From: Gnetum montanum
Taxonomy: Eukaryota > Plantae > Gnetophyta
Length of the DNA: 64,000 nucleotides
Reading direction: 5' to 3'
Assembly (NCBI GenBank): GCA_015680685.1
Contig: MNCI01003297.1
Location: 432,728 to 496,727 of the forward strand
Shown: positions 13,801 through 27,082 of the stretch, one piece after another
Layout: every line of letters begins with the position of its first letter
How positions within the stretch are numbered: the first letter of the stretch is position 1
The notes under the pieces: generated by a model
Database searches by the model: none
Seen by the model: the letters and a program-made list of their open reading frames with translations, nothing else
What the model was told of the DNA's origin: nothing
Made by a program: the position numbers and the translations under genes

Positions 13801-14272
13801 AATTTGTTAAAAAAAAGTGGCCCTGAATGCAATTTTTTAACTTCCTTCTATTGAAACACTTGAATCAACATAAAGGATATGATGAAGATTGTTTGGCCTA
13901 ATTAGATGAAGATTTGAAATAGATATCTATGGGAGTGAATGGGGATGGGATTGAATGAGATATAAAATAAATTAGGAAGAGAAATTAGAGCTTGAAAATT
14001 TGAAGAGACAACTTAGAAGAGAAAATTCATAACAATTTTTTATAAAACTATCATCTACATCAATGTATGACCATCAAATTAATATAAAACATTTTGGGCC
14101 ATACTTGGAGATAATGAGAAGTCATTTACCAATGATAAAAATACAAAAATAATGAAAAAAGAGGATGAATTGGAGCAAACAATAGGTACATTTGCTCATC
14201 AATCTATTTTAACAGAGTAAAAATAAAATTTTTATTTTTGTTGGATGTGATGATAAAGTAAAAATTTAACTT
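10846..14272 (-). mobile_element. Internally deleted, non-autonomous Ty1/copia element with ~900-bp LTRs (~13369-14272 and ~10846-11745)
   Basis: Long direct repeats. Minus-strand PBS TGGTATCAAAGCC (13364-13352, tRNA-iMet type). Degenerate knuckle CKFYNKRRHMYEDCW. Copia protease-like *IIESGCSNPMT (~13090-13055). VYHVPQLSNSMLLVGKM (11810-12049 ORF). No RT or RNase H recognised. Confidence 0.7.
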
Positions 14273-15529
14273 TTTTCTCTCATTTATCTTGTTGAACACA
14301 TGATGCATGATACACTATCTCTAACATGAACTTTGCAAGACTAGGAGCATGAATAGGTGACATTGACACTAGCATTAACGTCAACGTCACTAGGACATAG
14401 AAAAAATTTTATAATTTTGTGAAGTTATAGTGCTAAGCCTTCACAACCCTATTTAACATGCAAATTTATGTCAAACCATACCAACATAATGCCGAGGAAC
14501 TCATGAGATCATGAGATAATGTCAACTATAGAGTTTGATGGTTAAGAATGTCAAGGTACTAGTCCTCCTAGCACTAATGCTAATGCTAATACTAACAATG
14601 GCATCAATGATAGGGTCAACTAGAAAGTCAAAAAATGTCTAATATTTTTTCAAGTTGACATCATCAAGCTTTGGGTGCCTAAATTGAAGCCAAAATGAGC
14701 CATAATGATGGTTTTGAGACCTTGAGCTTGCACACCAAGACAATGTTGTTAGATGGTGAACATGAACATCTTGCCAAAGGGTAATGCTAACACTGACATT
14801 GACATCAACATCAACATTACTTGTATAAGTAAAAAAAAATTTCAGTCTTGACTACCAAGGCTACCCTTAAACCTATTAAAATTATTGTTTACAGCATTGC
14901 AATTGATGTCAATTACTTACCAAAGAACTTGGGAAGCCAAGATTCAAGTTGAAATGCAAGTGAGATGTGCATTTGATGTGTTGGAAATCATGATGCAAGT
15001 TTTCATACTAATGTCAACATCCAAAAATGCTAACATTTTATGCTTTTCATGTTGAAAGTGTTGTGGACAAGTTGTTCAATTTTGAATTAGGGGTTGAGAA
15101 GCAGTTTCAATATAGATGATGTGGAAAATATGATCCAAGACTGTAGCTAATATAGAAGTAGTGGTCCAAGGGTGACACTAATGCAAAATCATTATTACCT
15201 CCAACACAGAAAAATTTTTATTTTTGAAATTTTTTAGTCACAAAAAATGGGGCTCCTATACTAGGTTATTGGCTAGACTGGTCTCTAGAGGCCTTTAAAA
15301 GCTACAAATGTCTCTTGTGATGCTATTTTTGGGAGTTTTTATGCTCAAACTCAAGTAGGAAAATGTTAAAACCACACTTAACTTGGTCATTTTGAAAACG
15401 AAAAGTGAGTATAATATTAGAAAATTTCTTGCCATTGTTTACATTTTATTATTTTACTTTATTACTTCATAGTTGCCATTTTATTCATCATCTTAGCAAT
15501 GCTTGAATGCCAGGATGTACTTTTGTTGG

Positions 15530-16394
15530 TGCAGGATTATGACCCTACAACAAAGCAATATAGATAACTCATTTTACGTGGTTGTTAGTTTTTAATTCTA
15601 CCAAGGCATCACTATCCCTAAATAGCTTTTTCTAGTTGAAACAAGCTAATTATGGATAAATCTATATTAATGGACAAATACTTCAAAGAAAGTGTTGTCT
15701 TATCTATAACCATTAGCTTTTTCTTTTAGATAACTCTCAACATAAATAGTAAGTATCAATAGCTTTTTACTTATTTAAGTCTAAGTTCTACCTAGCTATG
15801 ATAGTAAATGAATAAGTTTTATAGAGTATGTCATTCTTCTAGCTTGAGCTATTTATTAATAAGCTTTCCAAAGCTAAATGTACAAACATTATGCCAAACA
15901 GAGCAAAAATATGAGATTGAGAAATTATTCATAAGGTCCAAAATTGCATTTAAGAAGACCTAAATTTCATGTTAAGCTCATTTAGAACTAATACTTAAAG
16001 AAGCTATCACATTTGATGAGAATAACAAAAATATGCTAAACCTTAGTGTTTTCAGAAAACAAGTTACTCTAAAACCTATTATTCACTTCAACATAGCTAT
16101 GCATATATGAAGCTAAAAAAGTAAAGAAAGTTATTTATTTATAATGCTAATTGAGAGAAAACCATAAGAGATAAGCTGAACTCATTTAAAATGGAATTAT
16201 CATAGCTATTCTTATAAACTTTTTCAGAAAAACAAAGTCTCTCTATTTCCCCATGTCCTTTTCACAAATATGCTTAAAGCTTTATATAGTAGCTTTTGGT
16301 AGTTACACTAATTCCAAAATCATGGCTTAATAAATTTCACATTTCCCTCATAAAACCATAAACTATTAGATAGTTACTCAACTTCTTGATAAGC
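15530..16394 (-). mobile_element. Probable downstream continuation of the degenerate gag/coiled-coil element (27083-28059) split by the Athila-like insertion
   Basis: Directly flanks the CTTCT TSD and has similar decayed coding-like composition. Inferred from the TSD rather than from a recognised domain. Confidence 0.4.
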
Positions 16395-16399
16395 CTTCT

Positions 16400-17234
16400 T
16401 GATGAGTGGTGAGGTATCCCTACACTCAACCATACGAATACAAGTGTACACACACGATTCGGTTGAATTCCAAGGACTAAGTGCTTATGCACCTTTACAA
16501 AATCCAAATAGGTTAGTCAATTATTGTCTTCCCAAGCTTACTTGTATAGCACCATTGTATGGTTAAGTAAGCTTGAGGTATATGATTTTTATATATTTTT
16601 ATGTTTTATGTCCTGGTGCTACAAAGGGAGAAATGAGCTAATTAAGTGACCAATTTAATTTAACTAATTAACTATGCTCTAACTAGTCCTAACACCAACA
16701 TTCGTTCTTACTTGTCGTCCACATCCTAAACTAGTGTAACACTACTGGGATTACCAAACACTAATTGTTACTGGGTTACCAAGTGTTCCACATGTGCTTG
16801 AAGTGGTCGTACTGAGTGTGCTTACTTGGGGGAGTTAACAAGGAGAGAGATTACATTAATTAACTAAGAAAAGCATTAAATAACTGTAAATAACATTAAA
16901 TAAGCAATTCTGAATACTGCAAGGTTTATCACAAAGTTTGTCTTTATTTCCAGCCACAAGGTGTGCTCAGGTATACAATGCTCGAATAAAGATCCGTTCG
17001 CTTTATCACTCCTACTGCGAGCACTCAGAAATAATTCTAACACTGAAAGGTAAGAGTTCGGGTAAGGGACTAAGACTAATTAACCTCTATCTTTAAACTA
17101 AGTGTGCCTGCCTCTTATTTATAGGCGACAAGATAGGCCCTAATATCAGATGTTCGATATCGCTTGGAAGGCTCTGATATCACGTACCCGATATCGCAAA
17201 TGCAATATCGTGGCCCTGATATCGCAGCTCATCA
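16400..17234 (-). repeat. 3' LTR of the Athila-like element
   Basis: TGATGAG..CTCATCA termini; aligns end to end with 26233-27077; short G-rich PPT-like gtgggggta on the minus strand at 17243-17235. Confidence 0.95.
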
Positions 17235-18521
17235 TACCCCCACAACTGAATGAAAACTCGTCCCTGAGTTCCTTACAAAATATTAGGAATGTATGGGATT
17301 ATTGACTGAATGAGAACTGACAGTGATAAGGAATAACAAACTCAAAGTGCCCAATGAACAAATTGACAAACATATTACAACATTGGTGTTCATGCCCTTT
17401 GTGGTGAACACTGTACATAGATGACATCTAGACCCTCATCTGACAGCTTGAAGAGAGAGAGAGAGAGAGAGAAAAAAGAAAATGAGGCGCATTGCTGCCA
17501 ATGTTAGAAATGTGCACAACGTTGTTCATCCATGGCCACATGACCAAACTTGTTCCTTACGTAAATGCTCTAGCTCCAATCCATCCTAAGTGCTTCCTCC
17601 TATTCCAGTCCATTGTTCGTGTAATCGCCATCTATACACACAACACAATATGAATTAGCAAGGATAGATAAGTCATAATGCAGTTGATACCTTGCCTCGA
17701 TATAAGCGCATTGGCTAGGTTGTGGGTATGGAAAATATTGGGTTAAAGGTTTTTAATTGATAACTACCCAAGGTGTAGGAGTGAGATAGGTAATTGAATG
17801 GAAAAATTTGTGACATGGCCCCCACGACTAAGAGCAAACCTCTAGTAGCGATAGGGTGGAAAAAATTGAAGGAACAATGAAGATGAGGGAAATAACAATG
17901 GTGAAGCCAATAAAATGGATGTCATGGATGGTGATAAAACAAGAAATGGTTAATTGCAAAGAATGTTTAAGGGAAAGAACTTAACAATTACACCAAAAAG
18001 GAATGCCAGTGGATCCTCCCCAAAGTAGGCTCATGCCTTTTATGCCCTAACAAACCCGCAAACCAAAGAGTCTGTAGGTGCTTGAAATGACATATGGAAA
18101 CAATGGTTAAGAATTTACCCACGAGAGTTTACCGAAGACTAATAATGTGTTGACCAACACGTAGACTAGTCATAAAACTAATAATGAGGTGGAATATGGG
18201 AAGAAATATGGAAAGAGAGGAGGAAATGGAATAGAATCCCAAGAGCAAGGTTGTGTAAAGTCCCTTGTGTATTATGTGGTTAAGGTAACTAAATAAAATT
18301 TATCCTAAGTTCAGACTCACCAACCACATCCAATGACCTCGCAGCAATACATTTGACCAACCCATCCTCATGAAGCAACAAGAATGCATCCATCGAGTCA
18401 CCACCATTTCAAGGAGAGAAAGATAGGAAAGCAGGAAGCGAGAAAGGGCTTTAGATTGAGGGAACCTTCAAGCATGGGTAACATGTCTTTCCAATGCCAT
18501 AACCAGTGTTTGCAGCCCATG

Positions 18522-19345
18522 TGATGAGTGGTGAGGTACCCCTACACTCGACCATACAAATACGAGCGTTTCACACACAATCCAGTCGACCTCCGCAGAT
18601 GGGCTAGTTGTGGTACCTAGATAGATATTCTTAGGTCGCAGTTCGCTGTCTTCCCACCTGGACTAGTATTAGCTTGTCACGTATGGTTTAGTCTAGAGTG
18701 AGGTGTATGATGTGTTTCTATACTAATGTTACTCCTGGAGACAATGGAAAATAATATTAACGAAGCTAAGAGAGAGGGTAAGAGAGAATCTAAGCTAGCC
18801 TAAGTGTGATGAGCATCTGTCCCTCAATCATCTGTACACATCTTGAACCTCGTGCATGACTACCACTGGGATTACCAAGCGCAGATCCTAGGTACGCTAC
18901 TAGGTTACCAAGTAGTCACACTTAAATGTTCGTGATCAAGTCGTACTCATTCCGCGTTACTAGGAGATAAGGGTGAGAGATATTAACTAAGAAAGCAGTA
19001 AACAATAATTAAATAATTAATTAATTAAACTAAGTGAATGTTGCAATGATGAAGTAATCTCGATCTTTATTGCCCGTCATGTGCATGTCCAAGTACGTCA
19101 CACTCGAATAAGGATGTCGTACAATTACAATCACCACACTGCGGGCATACACTGGGAAATAATTCTAACTCTAAGAAGGAAAAACTGCAAGAGTTTGGGT
19201 ATGGAACTAAGAACTAACTGCCTACCAGACTTGTCTACCTCTTATTTATAGATGAGGAGACAGGCTGTGATATCGCGGCTGCTGCGATATCACGGCTGTG
19301 ATATCACAGCAGCGATATCACAGCCAGAAAATTCATGACTCATCA
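18522..19345 (-). mobile_element. Nested solo LTR of a related Athila-like family
   Basis: TGATGAG...CTCATCA termini flanked by TSD CCATG (18517-18521 and 19346-19350). Homologous to, but clearly diverged from, the host LTRs. Confidence 0.93.
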
Positions 19346-20089
19346 CCATGTTTCTTGATTATGTCTAAGGGGTATGCTTTGAATTCCCACTAGTTTTTTT
19401 TTTGTGAGAACCACACCATACAAAGACTTATTTAGATTCATTCAACTTCTTGATATTTGGTCAATAGCGGAATGGCCGAAATCCCATGAAAAGCATCCAA
19501 GTACCCAAGAGAATAGCCAACACAAATGCATTGAATCCCCTTGAAGTCACACCCTTTTCAACCATTGACCTTGGTTTGAAGAATACCAAGTCACCAGTTC
19601 ATTAAGAAGTTTATTTAAAAAAAGGGATAGTACAGGTCCAAAGCCAAAGGAGACCACACCGTTGAATGGATGAATGGACAACGTGGACTCATTGCCCATT
19701 TTATCAAAAGAACCATATCTTAGTATCAACATTGAAAATCAAGGGTAAAAACCAAACATTAGCAATCAACATTATTATAGTCCAACCCACCATCCTGAGC
19801 ACTTACTATATGACGAATGAAAATAAATCAAACAAAGAAATAGTAAGAATGTGAACGATGGTGTAAAACAAAAATATAAAAAGAGCTGAGGGCTTAGGAT
19901 GGTTAGCATTGCTAGCCATCTCCCCCATAACTAACTTGGAAGGAGGATATCTAAAGTAGCGAGCAGGGTTGTCCACCAACAAAGGTAATATAGATACTGG
20001 CTATTCTAGGCTCATGGAAAGTTTTGTTTGTTGGATGTTGACCAACAATTTCTTATTTAGGCTCTTAGGTCTATAAATCATCATGGCTC

Positions 20090-21250
20090 CTAAAGGAAAA
20101 GTTGCATGAATAATATAAGGTCCTTCCCATAGTGTTTGAAATTTAGTGCGTTGTGGCACGTGTGTGGGGTTCCAATAAAGAACCTTATCTCCTGGTTGGT
20201 ACTTAACTTTTCTAATTTTTAGGTCATGATGTTATTTATTAAAAACCTTGTGCAATTCATTAGATGACAGGGTGACTAATCGGTTCTCATCTAGCAGGTT
20301 AAGGTTCATTAATTGTTCTTTTTGTGCTAGATTAAGGTCAAGATTGAGATCACACATTGTAGATAGTATACAGAGTTCTTCTTGAATAAGAAGCGTTGGG
20401 AGCTTTCCATACACTAACTCATAGGGAGAGTAGCCTATAGGGAGTTTTCATGTGGAGTGGTATGCCCAAAGAGCATCATTTAGTTTGGTGCTCCAGTCTT
20501 GCCTATATTTCCTAATGGTTCTTTTCAATATTTTTGTAATCTCCCTATTGGTTACTTTGACTTAACCATTCACTTGAAAGTGGTATGGTGTAGTTAGTTT
20601 GTGTTCAACTCCTAAGTGTTACATCAATTTTTCAAAAGTCACACCTGTAAAATGTGTGCAATTGTCAAAAATAAGTGCACAAGGCATGCCAAAACTATTA
20701 ACGATTTGTTGTTGAACAAATCGTGCAGTGGTAGACGATGTACAATCCATAACAACGGCTGCTTCTACCCATTTTGTGAAATAGTCAACAGCAACAACAA
20801 TGTAGGCTTTTCCATTGGACATTGGTGTAATGGGCCCCATAAAATCAATTCCCCATATGTTGACAAGTTTTAAAGGTTGAATCCATTGTTGTGGATCCTC
20901 CATCCTAGTAGTTATTCCCCCAACATGTTGGCAGTGCTCACAAGATTGGATGAAATAATGAGCATCCTGAAACAATGTAGGCCAATAATATCCTGCATGC
21001 AAGATTTTAATAGTTGTTCATCTCCCAACGTAATGACCCCCACAAGAGTCTTCATGTGCATCTTGGAGAACTCTTAATTGATCTAAATCGGGAACACACC
21101 ATCAAACCAAGCCATTGGAACATACCTTATTAAGGTGTCCATTGATTTCCATGAAATATTTGGCTTGGTGAAGAAACTGCTGTTTCTTTTTAGCGTCTAA
21201 CTCTTATGGTGTTTGTTGTGTAAGGAGATAGGTAAGAATGCTACTATACC
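20090..21250 (-). pseudogene. Retrotransposon integrase remnant
   Basis: HHCC region (HEDSCGGH..AGYYWPTLFQDAHYFIQSCEHCQ), WGIDFMGP, VAVDYFTKWVEA, LIFDN and GPY motif (WEGPYII). Confidence 0.92.
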
Positions 21251-21349
21251 AATTTGTTTCCATGGTTAATTGATTTTTTACTGCACCTACAAAGAGGTAT
21301 TCATTAAGAAAGCGATCAGAAAGTGGATATTCATCCTCTTTGTTGTTCC

Positions 21350-22660
21350 ATCTTAATCAAGATAAATAATCAATGACAACATTCTTGGTGCCTTTACGAT
21401 TAATCATTGTAAGATCAAACTCTTGTAAGATCATGATCCATCATATGATGCGAGGGCTCACCATTGGTTTATTCAGCAAGAACCGAATTACACTATGGTC
21501 TATGTGTACAAATACCTTATAGCCCAATACATAGTGCCTAAACTTATCTAGTGCAAACACCAGAATCATTAATTCCTTTTTTGTTGTGGTGTAGTTGAGT
21601 TGTGCACCAGCAATACTTCGAATTGCATAGTGAATGTAATAGGGTCATTTCTGGTCATCTAACTATGTAAGTACGGCTCCTAAAGCAAAGTTTGACGCAT
21701 TAGTCATTATATGGAAGGGTAGAAGCTTGTAGAATAGGTGTTTCTACAAGCTTCTGTTTTAAAGTTTGAAAAGCTAACTCACATTCTCTGGTCCATTCGA
21801 AAGGTACATCCTTTTTCATTAGTTCAACCAATGGTTTTGCAACCCTTGAAAAGTTCTCTATGAATCTGCTATAATAGCCAGTGTTTCCAAGGAATGATTG
21901 GATGTCTTTTACAATTTCAAGTTGGCACATGATTCCTTAGATGACTTTAATCTCTTCGGGGTCTACCTCTATCCCTATTTATGAAATTTTATGTTGTAAT
22001 ACTATGCCTTCTTCGACCATTAAATGGATTTTTTGCCAGTTGAGCCTTAAATTAGTTTCAACACATTGTTTTAGTACTTACTCTAATTGGTCCAATGCTT
22101 GATCGAAGTTCACTCCATAGGTGGAGAAATCATCCATGAAGACCTCCACACCATTTTCTATTTTCTACTAGAAGATACTTAGAACCAAACGTTGAAATGT
22201 TGCAAGAGCATTACACAAGCCAAAAAACATCTATTTGTATGCAAATGTTCCCCAAGGACTTGTGAACATGATCTTGGCTTGATCTTCTGGTGCTCTTGGA
22301 TTTGGTTGTATCCACTGTATCCATCCAGAAAACTATAGTAGCGATGCCCCACTATGGTGTCTAAGACTTGGTTGATGAATGGAAATGGAAAGTGGTTTTT
22401 GAATGTTTTCATGTTTAGTAGCCTAAAATCTATACACACCCTCCATTTACCTCCCTTTTTGAGCACAATAACTAATGGACTAACCCATTCGCTATTAGAA
22501 ATGGGGTAGATGAACCCAACTTTTAGAAGTTGTTCAATTTCTTCTTTAACCACTTGCTTCAGCTTTGGGTTTAATCGCCTCTACGGTTGTCATTGAGGCT
22601 TCATGGAAGGGTCAATGTAAATCCTATGTTGGCATATCCTAAGGTCTATTCTAGTTAATT
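21350..22660 (-). pseudogene. Reverse transcriptase plus RNase H remnant
   Basis: SEWVSPLVIVLKKGGKWRVCIDFR, FLDGYSGYNQI, VFMDDF (~22140-22125), SFLGNTGYYSRFI, ASNFALGAVL, NYTTTKKEL. Confidence 0.93.
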
Positions 22661-23009
22661 TGGGATATGACCAAGTGAAGGCTTTCAACCATTTGTTGAC
22701 CATTTTCAGCAGTCTCTCTTTTTGTTAAGGAGCGAGCCTAGCATTAATAATTACCAATTTTCCATTTTTGAGAAATGTGTACTCCATACCAGTGGGCAAC
22801 GGTTTTAACTCCAGGGGCTCTTGCTTAAATTTGTCAAGGATTTCCAACTTTCCCCAGTTGATATTTTCAATGTTGAGACTTGGAAGTTGGCGATGGACTT
22901 GCTCTAATTTGTCTATGCTATTGATGTAAGCGCAAGTCAAACCCTCAGTTGGTTCCATGCGTATAGCTGAGTTGCTCTCTTAGTTAGCTGTTAGCCACTG
23001 GGTGTCTTC

Positions 23010-23500
23010 CTATCTTATGGCTATTGCATACAGGCATCTTTGTATGTTAGTTACTTGGGCACATTGGTTGCATGCAGGCAATGTTAGATGTTGTACAAAC
23101 CAGGATTTTTGCATGCAACTACACCCTATGTCACTATATGTGATGCACAAAACTTTCTTCTTCTCGATCTTTCCAAATGTATTTTCCTTTGATATCTCTA
23201 AGGAAATATCACGTATTCCTAGGCGTACATCAATTGTGCTTAGCCATGCTCTTCCCATTATGATTGGGAAATCCTCCTTACAGTTGTTGACTTGAATCAC
23301 TAGGAAGTCAGCTAGATACGACCATCCACAAATAGTGGTAACAATGTCCTCCACTAGTCCTAATGGGATAATGATGGACTGGTCAGCCAGCTCTAAATGA
23401 ATGTTACTCTTTTTTAGTGGAGGCAGGTTCCAGGCTTTGTACATTTCTTGAGAGATTAAGTTCACACCAAAACCTGAATCCAAAAGAGCTTTGCACAGGT
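23010..23500 (-). pseudogene. Retroviral-like aspartic protease remnant
   Basis: ALLDSGFGVNLI, LELADQS, ADFLVI, PIIMGRAWL. Confidence 0.9.
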
Positions 23501-23849
23501 CATTCCTAGTAATTTGTAAATATATAAGAGACTCCCAGGATCAGAGAATTGCCTAGGAAGATGGCCAACCTTTATCCAATCAGTAATGGCATGCATCAAC
23601 ATGACCATCTACGTTGATTATGGCCTTTGGTTTGAAGGGAGTTCTGAAGTCTCGAATGATGGTAAGGCATTTGGACAATTAGCTGCTTGTGACTATAAGG
23701 ACTTGGTTGGGCTGTTGGTTCTAAAGAAAGGTCTTTTCTTTGTGTAATTGTTTGAACCAACAGTAAGGTGAGAATTAACAGCCCTTGTAGCATTACATTG
23801 TTGTGGCTGTGCAAGGAGCTCACCTTGCATGGCTAAAGCAGGTGGTAAT

Positions 23850-25800
23850 GGAGTTAAGGGTGGAAGAGATGTAGCTGGATGAGAAGGATAATATGTTTAT
23901 GGAACATCACCCCTAGGAGAAGGAGTTCTATAATACTCATAGGTTTGGTAGTGAGGTTGGGGAGCAACGTGACTAGGAGAGTCACGGGTCGAATTGATGG
24001 TAAGGGTACTGTTGACGTGATGGTGACATTCCCCATGATTGCAGGTGCTACCATTATTGATACTACTCATTTGGTTGTCATGGAGTTCCACTTGGATAAT
24101 ACATCAAGGGTTGGTGGAACTACCTTGGGTTACCTTGGGAATAAGGTAACATTTGGGGTGTTTGCATTCTGTTTAATCGTGGGTTGAGTGCATACACCCC
24201 AGACTCTTGCAGATGTGAGATTTCAGGGCAACATCCCTTAGGATGGTCATATTGGCATATTTCACATCCACCATCATTGTCTGTATCCGAATCCACAACC
24301 TCTTCGATGATGGCAATTGTGCCCTTACCTTTATTACGTGCATATTCAACTTCTCGCTTTTTTTTTCTTTCTCTATCTACCTTCCTGTCTAGACTTCTCT
24401 ACTATTTTGAAAACTATTTGAAATCTATTATATAGGGAGTCCTACATTTGGTCCACCTTTGCCGATACTTGCGATGCAAGTTTTTGAATGGGCAAGGTTT
24501 TCCTATTCACCACCTCTTCAAGTGGTGACTCTTCTTCATCTTCAAAAAATCTAACTCCCTCTTTCCAGAGAGAAGGATCTCTATTATATTCTCCCTTACT
24601 CTCTCTTTTTCTTAACTCACCTTCCTCTTTAGCAACTTGCTCCAACAATCTTTGTACTTGATGGGCCCTAAGCTCAAAAATCCTTCCTTGGGCATAAGTC
24701 CCAAGGGTTCTTCATGTTTCGTGTCTAAGCCCCTCTACGAGATGGTGTAGTTATTCCCTTTGTGAGTAACCATGGCTTGGGCAATGATGTAATAGTGCAT
24801 AATATCGGCCCATGGTAGCATCCAAGGGTTCATCTCCTCCTTGTTTTCATCCTTGGATTTTCTTCTGCAGGTTGGACACTTGGGAGTACATTTGATACTT
24901 ATCATTGAATAGTTCTAACATGGTACTCCATCTATGAATGGATTCCGATTCTAAGGACTGATACTAGCTTTCCGCTTCCTTGATCAATCTTCGTGGAAAC
25001 AACTTGAGTTTTTGCCACTCGTTTTCTATGTTTTGCAAGGCACATGCATCATGAAATGCTTGCAAATGATTTTGAGGATCAGCGTTGTATCCCCCTTCAA
25101 ATCATGGGATATTGTTTATGTCCAATCTTTTGATCCTACTATCTTTTTGATGCCTCGTTGGGATTCTAACAGCCTCAGTTATATCTAGCATACTTTGAGT
25201 AGTGAGTAGGGGTTCATCGTGATCGTATTGTCTATGGCGTCTATCATACCTATGTTGTGCCCTACTCTCCCTCCTTTCATGATGGGTTTCTCTAGAATGC
25301 CCTCATCCCCTTTCTCGACTATTTTTTTTATGATTCCCATTCTACTTACCATTATCCTTAAGGTTTTTTTTTCTTGTGATTGCATCCAGATCCTAAAAGA
25401 GAGGGTGAAGGAGATGACGAAGGTGAGGAAGAAGGAGGAATGTCACCATGATGGTGCCTATTTCCTTCTCTTTGGTGGTCGTAGCCTCGATCGCAGTTAC
25501 GATCAAAATTTCCATCTTTATCATGCGTTCGTGTTCCTTTTTCAAACCCTTTGTGTCCATTGGTACCAAAATCTAGGTTATTTGAGTGAAGATTCTGATA
25601 CAGAACCCCTTGACCGAAGTCAATGGGAGGAACATCATTGAGTAGGAGACCTCCTAAGGCAGGTTCACCACCCCCATTTTCACTTATGACATGCGGGACA
25701 TTTTGAGACAACTTTCCCTTCATGGATTCATGATGTCTCTCCTGTTGTAGATCCCTTTGACGTTGTGCTTCATGGGTCAATACTCTCTCGAGTCATGATC
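23850..25800 (-). pseudogene. gag remnant
   Basis: FEGGYNADPQNHLQAFHDAC..LKLFP..W..L.SESIHRWSTMLELFNDKY capsid-like segment, degenerate Cys/His knuckle near 24270, His/Ser-rich N-terminal ORF 25358-25780. Confidence 0.8.
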
Positions 25801-26232
25801 ATGCACAACATACTCTGCCTATAAGTGTTGCATACCAATTCATGTGAGATCACAAAGGAGCATGCCCGGGACTGAGCGATCAAGAGGTAACACTATGTTA
25901 CCTTCTAAATCACGCCAATGCAGTTGTTCATCCTGGTGGAGGATAAAGGTAAAGTTTGGTATATACTCATTGGGATGAACGTATACTATGCGAAACTATT
26001 GAGGGACTACCAAATTTTCATGTGTACTATGCCTTCAATTATTCCCTGTATCAAGCCTAGGTGGTGAAACACTCTCATAATAAGAAGGAGACATAGTTGT
26101 CTATTCAATGTGCAATACTTTTTGTTTCACTAATTGCAACATAACCAACCCTAAGGGTTTGTTCCAATGATGAGAGTATTTCCTAAGTTCTAGCTAGCGC
26201 ACAATCAACAAAGTCTCCAGCAATGGCACCAA

Positions 26233-27077
26233 TGATGAGCGGCGAGGTATTCCTACACTCAACCATACGAATACGAGCGTACACGCACGATCCAGTCGAA
26301 TTCCAAGGACTAAATGCTTATGCACCTTTACAGAACCCAGACAGGTTAGTCAATCATTGTCTTCCCAAGCTTACTTGTATAGCACAATTGTATGATTAAG
26401 TAAGCTTGAGGTATATGATTTTTATATATTTTTATGTTTTATGTCCTGGTGCTACAAAGGGAGAAATGAGCTAATTAAGTAACCAATTTAATGTAACTAA
26501 TCGACTATGCTCTAACTAGTCCTAACACCAACATCCATTCTCACTTATTGTCCACATCCTGAACCAATGCAACACTACTAGGATTACCAAATGCTAATCA
26601 TTACTGGGTTACCAAGTGTTTCACGCATGCTCGAAGTGGTCGTATTGAGTGTGTTTACTTGGGAGAGTTAACAAGGAGAGAGAGAACATTAATTAACTAA
26701 GGAAAGCATTAAATAACTGTAAATAACATTAAATAAGCAATTCTGAATACTGCAAGGTTTATCACAAAGTTTTTCTTTATTTCTGGCCACAAGGTGTGTT
26801 CAAGTACACAATGCTCGAATAAAGTTCCGTTCGCTTTATGACTCCTACTGCGGGCACTTAAAAATAATTCTAACTCTAAGAATGGAAAAAGGTAAGAGTT
26901 CAGGTAAGGGACTAAGACTAATTAACCCCCTATCTTTAAACTAGGTATGCCCGTCTCTTATTTATAGGCAACAAGACAAGCCCTAATATCGGATGTCCAA
27001 TATCGCTTGAAAGGCTTCGATATTGCATACTTGATATCGTGGATGCGATATCGCAGCCCCAATATTGCGACTCATCG
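26233..27077 (-). repeat. 5' LTR of the Athila-like element (outer terminus mutated CA to CG on + strand)
   Basis: Pairs with 16400-17234; PBS immediately internal at ~26231-26214. Confidence 0.95.
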
Positions 27078-27082
27078 CTTCT

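Larger units (their letters stand above)
16400..27077 (-). mobile_element. Structurally complete but decayed Ty3/gypsy LTR retrotransposon, Athila-like
   Basis: TSD CTTCT at 16395-16399 and 27078-27082. LTRs TGATGAG...CTCATC(A/G). PBS TGGTGCCATTGCTGGAGA next to the right LTR (tRNA-Asp type, Athila). Domain order gag-AP-RT-RH-INT. Confidence 0.95.

Noticed and set aside
25219-25641. 140-aa plus-strand ORF
   Set aside because: Antisense shadow of the retrotransposon gag region.
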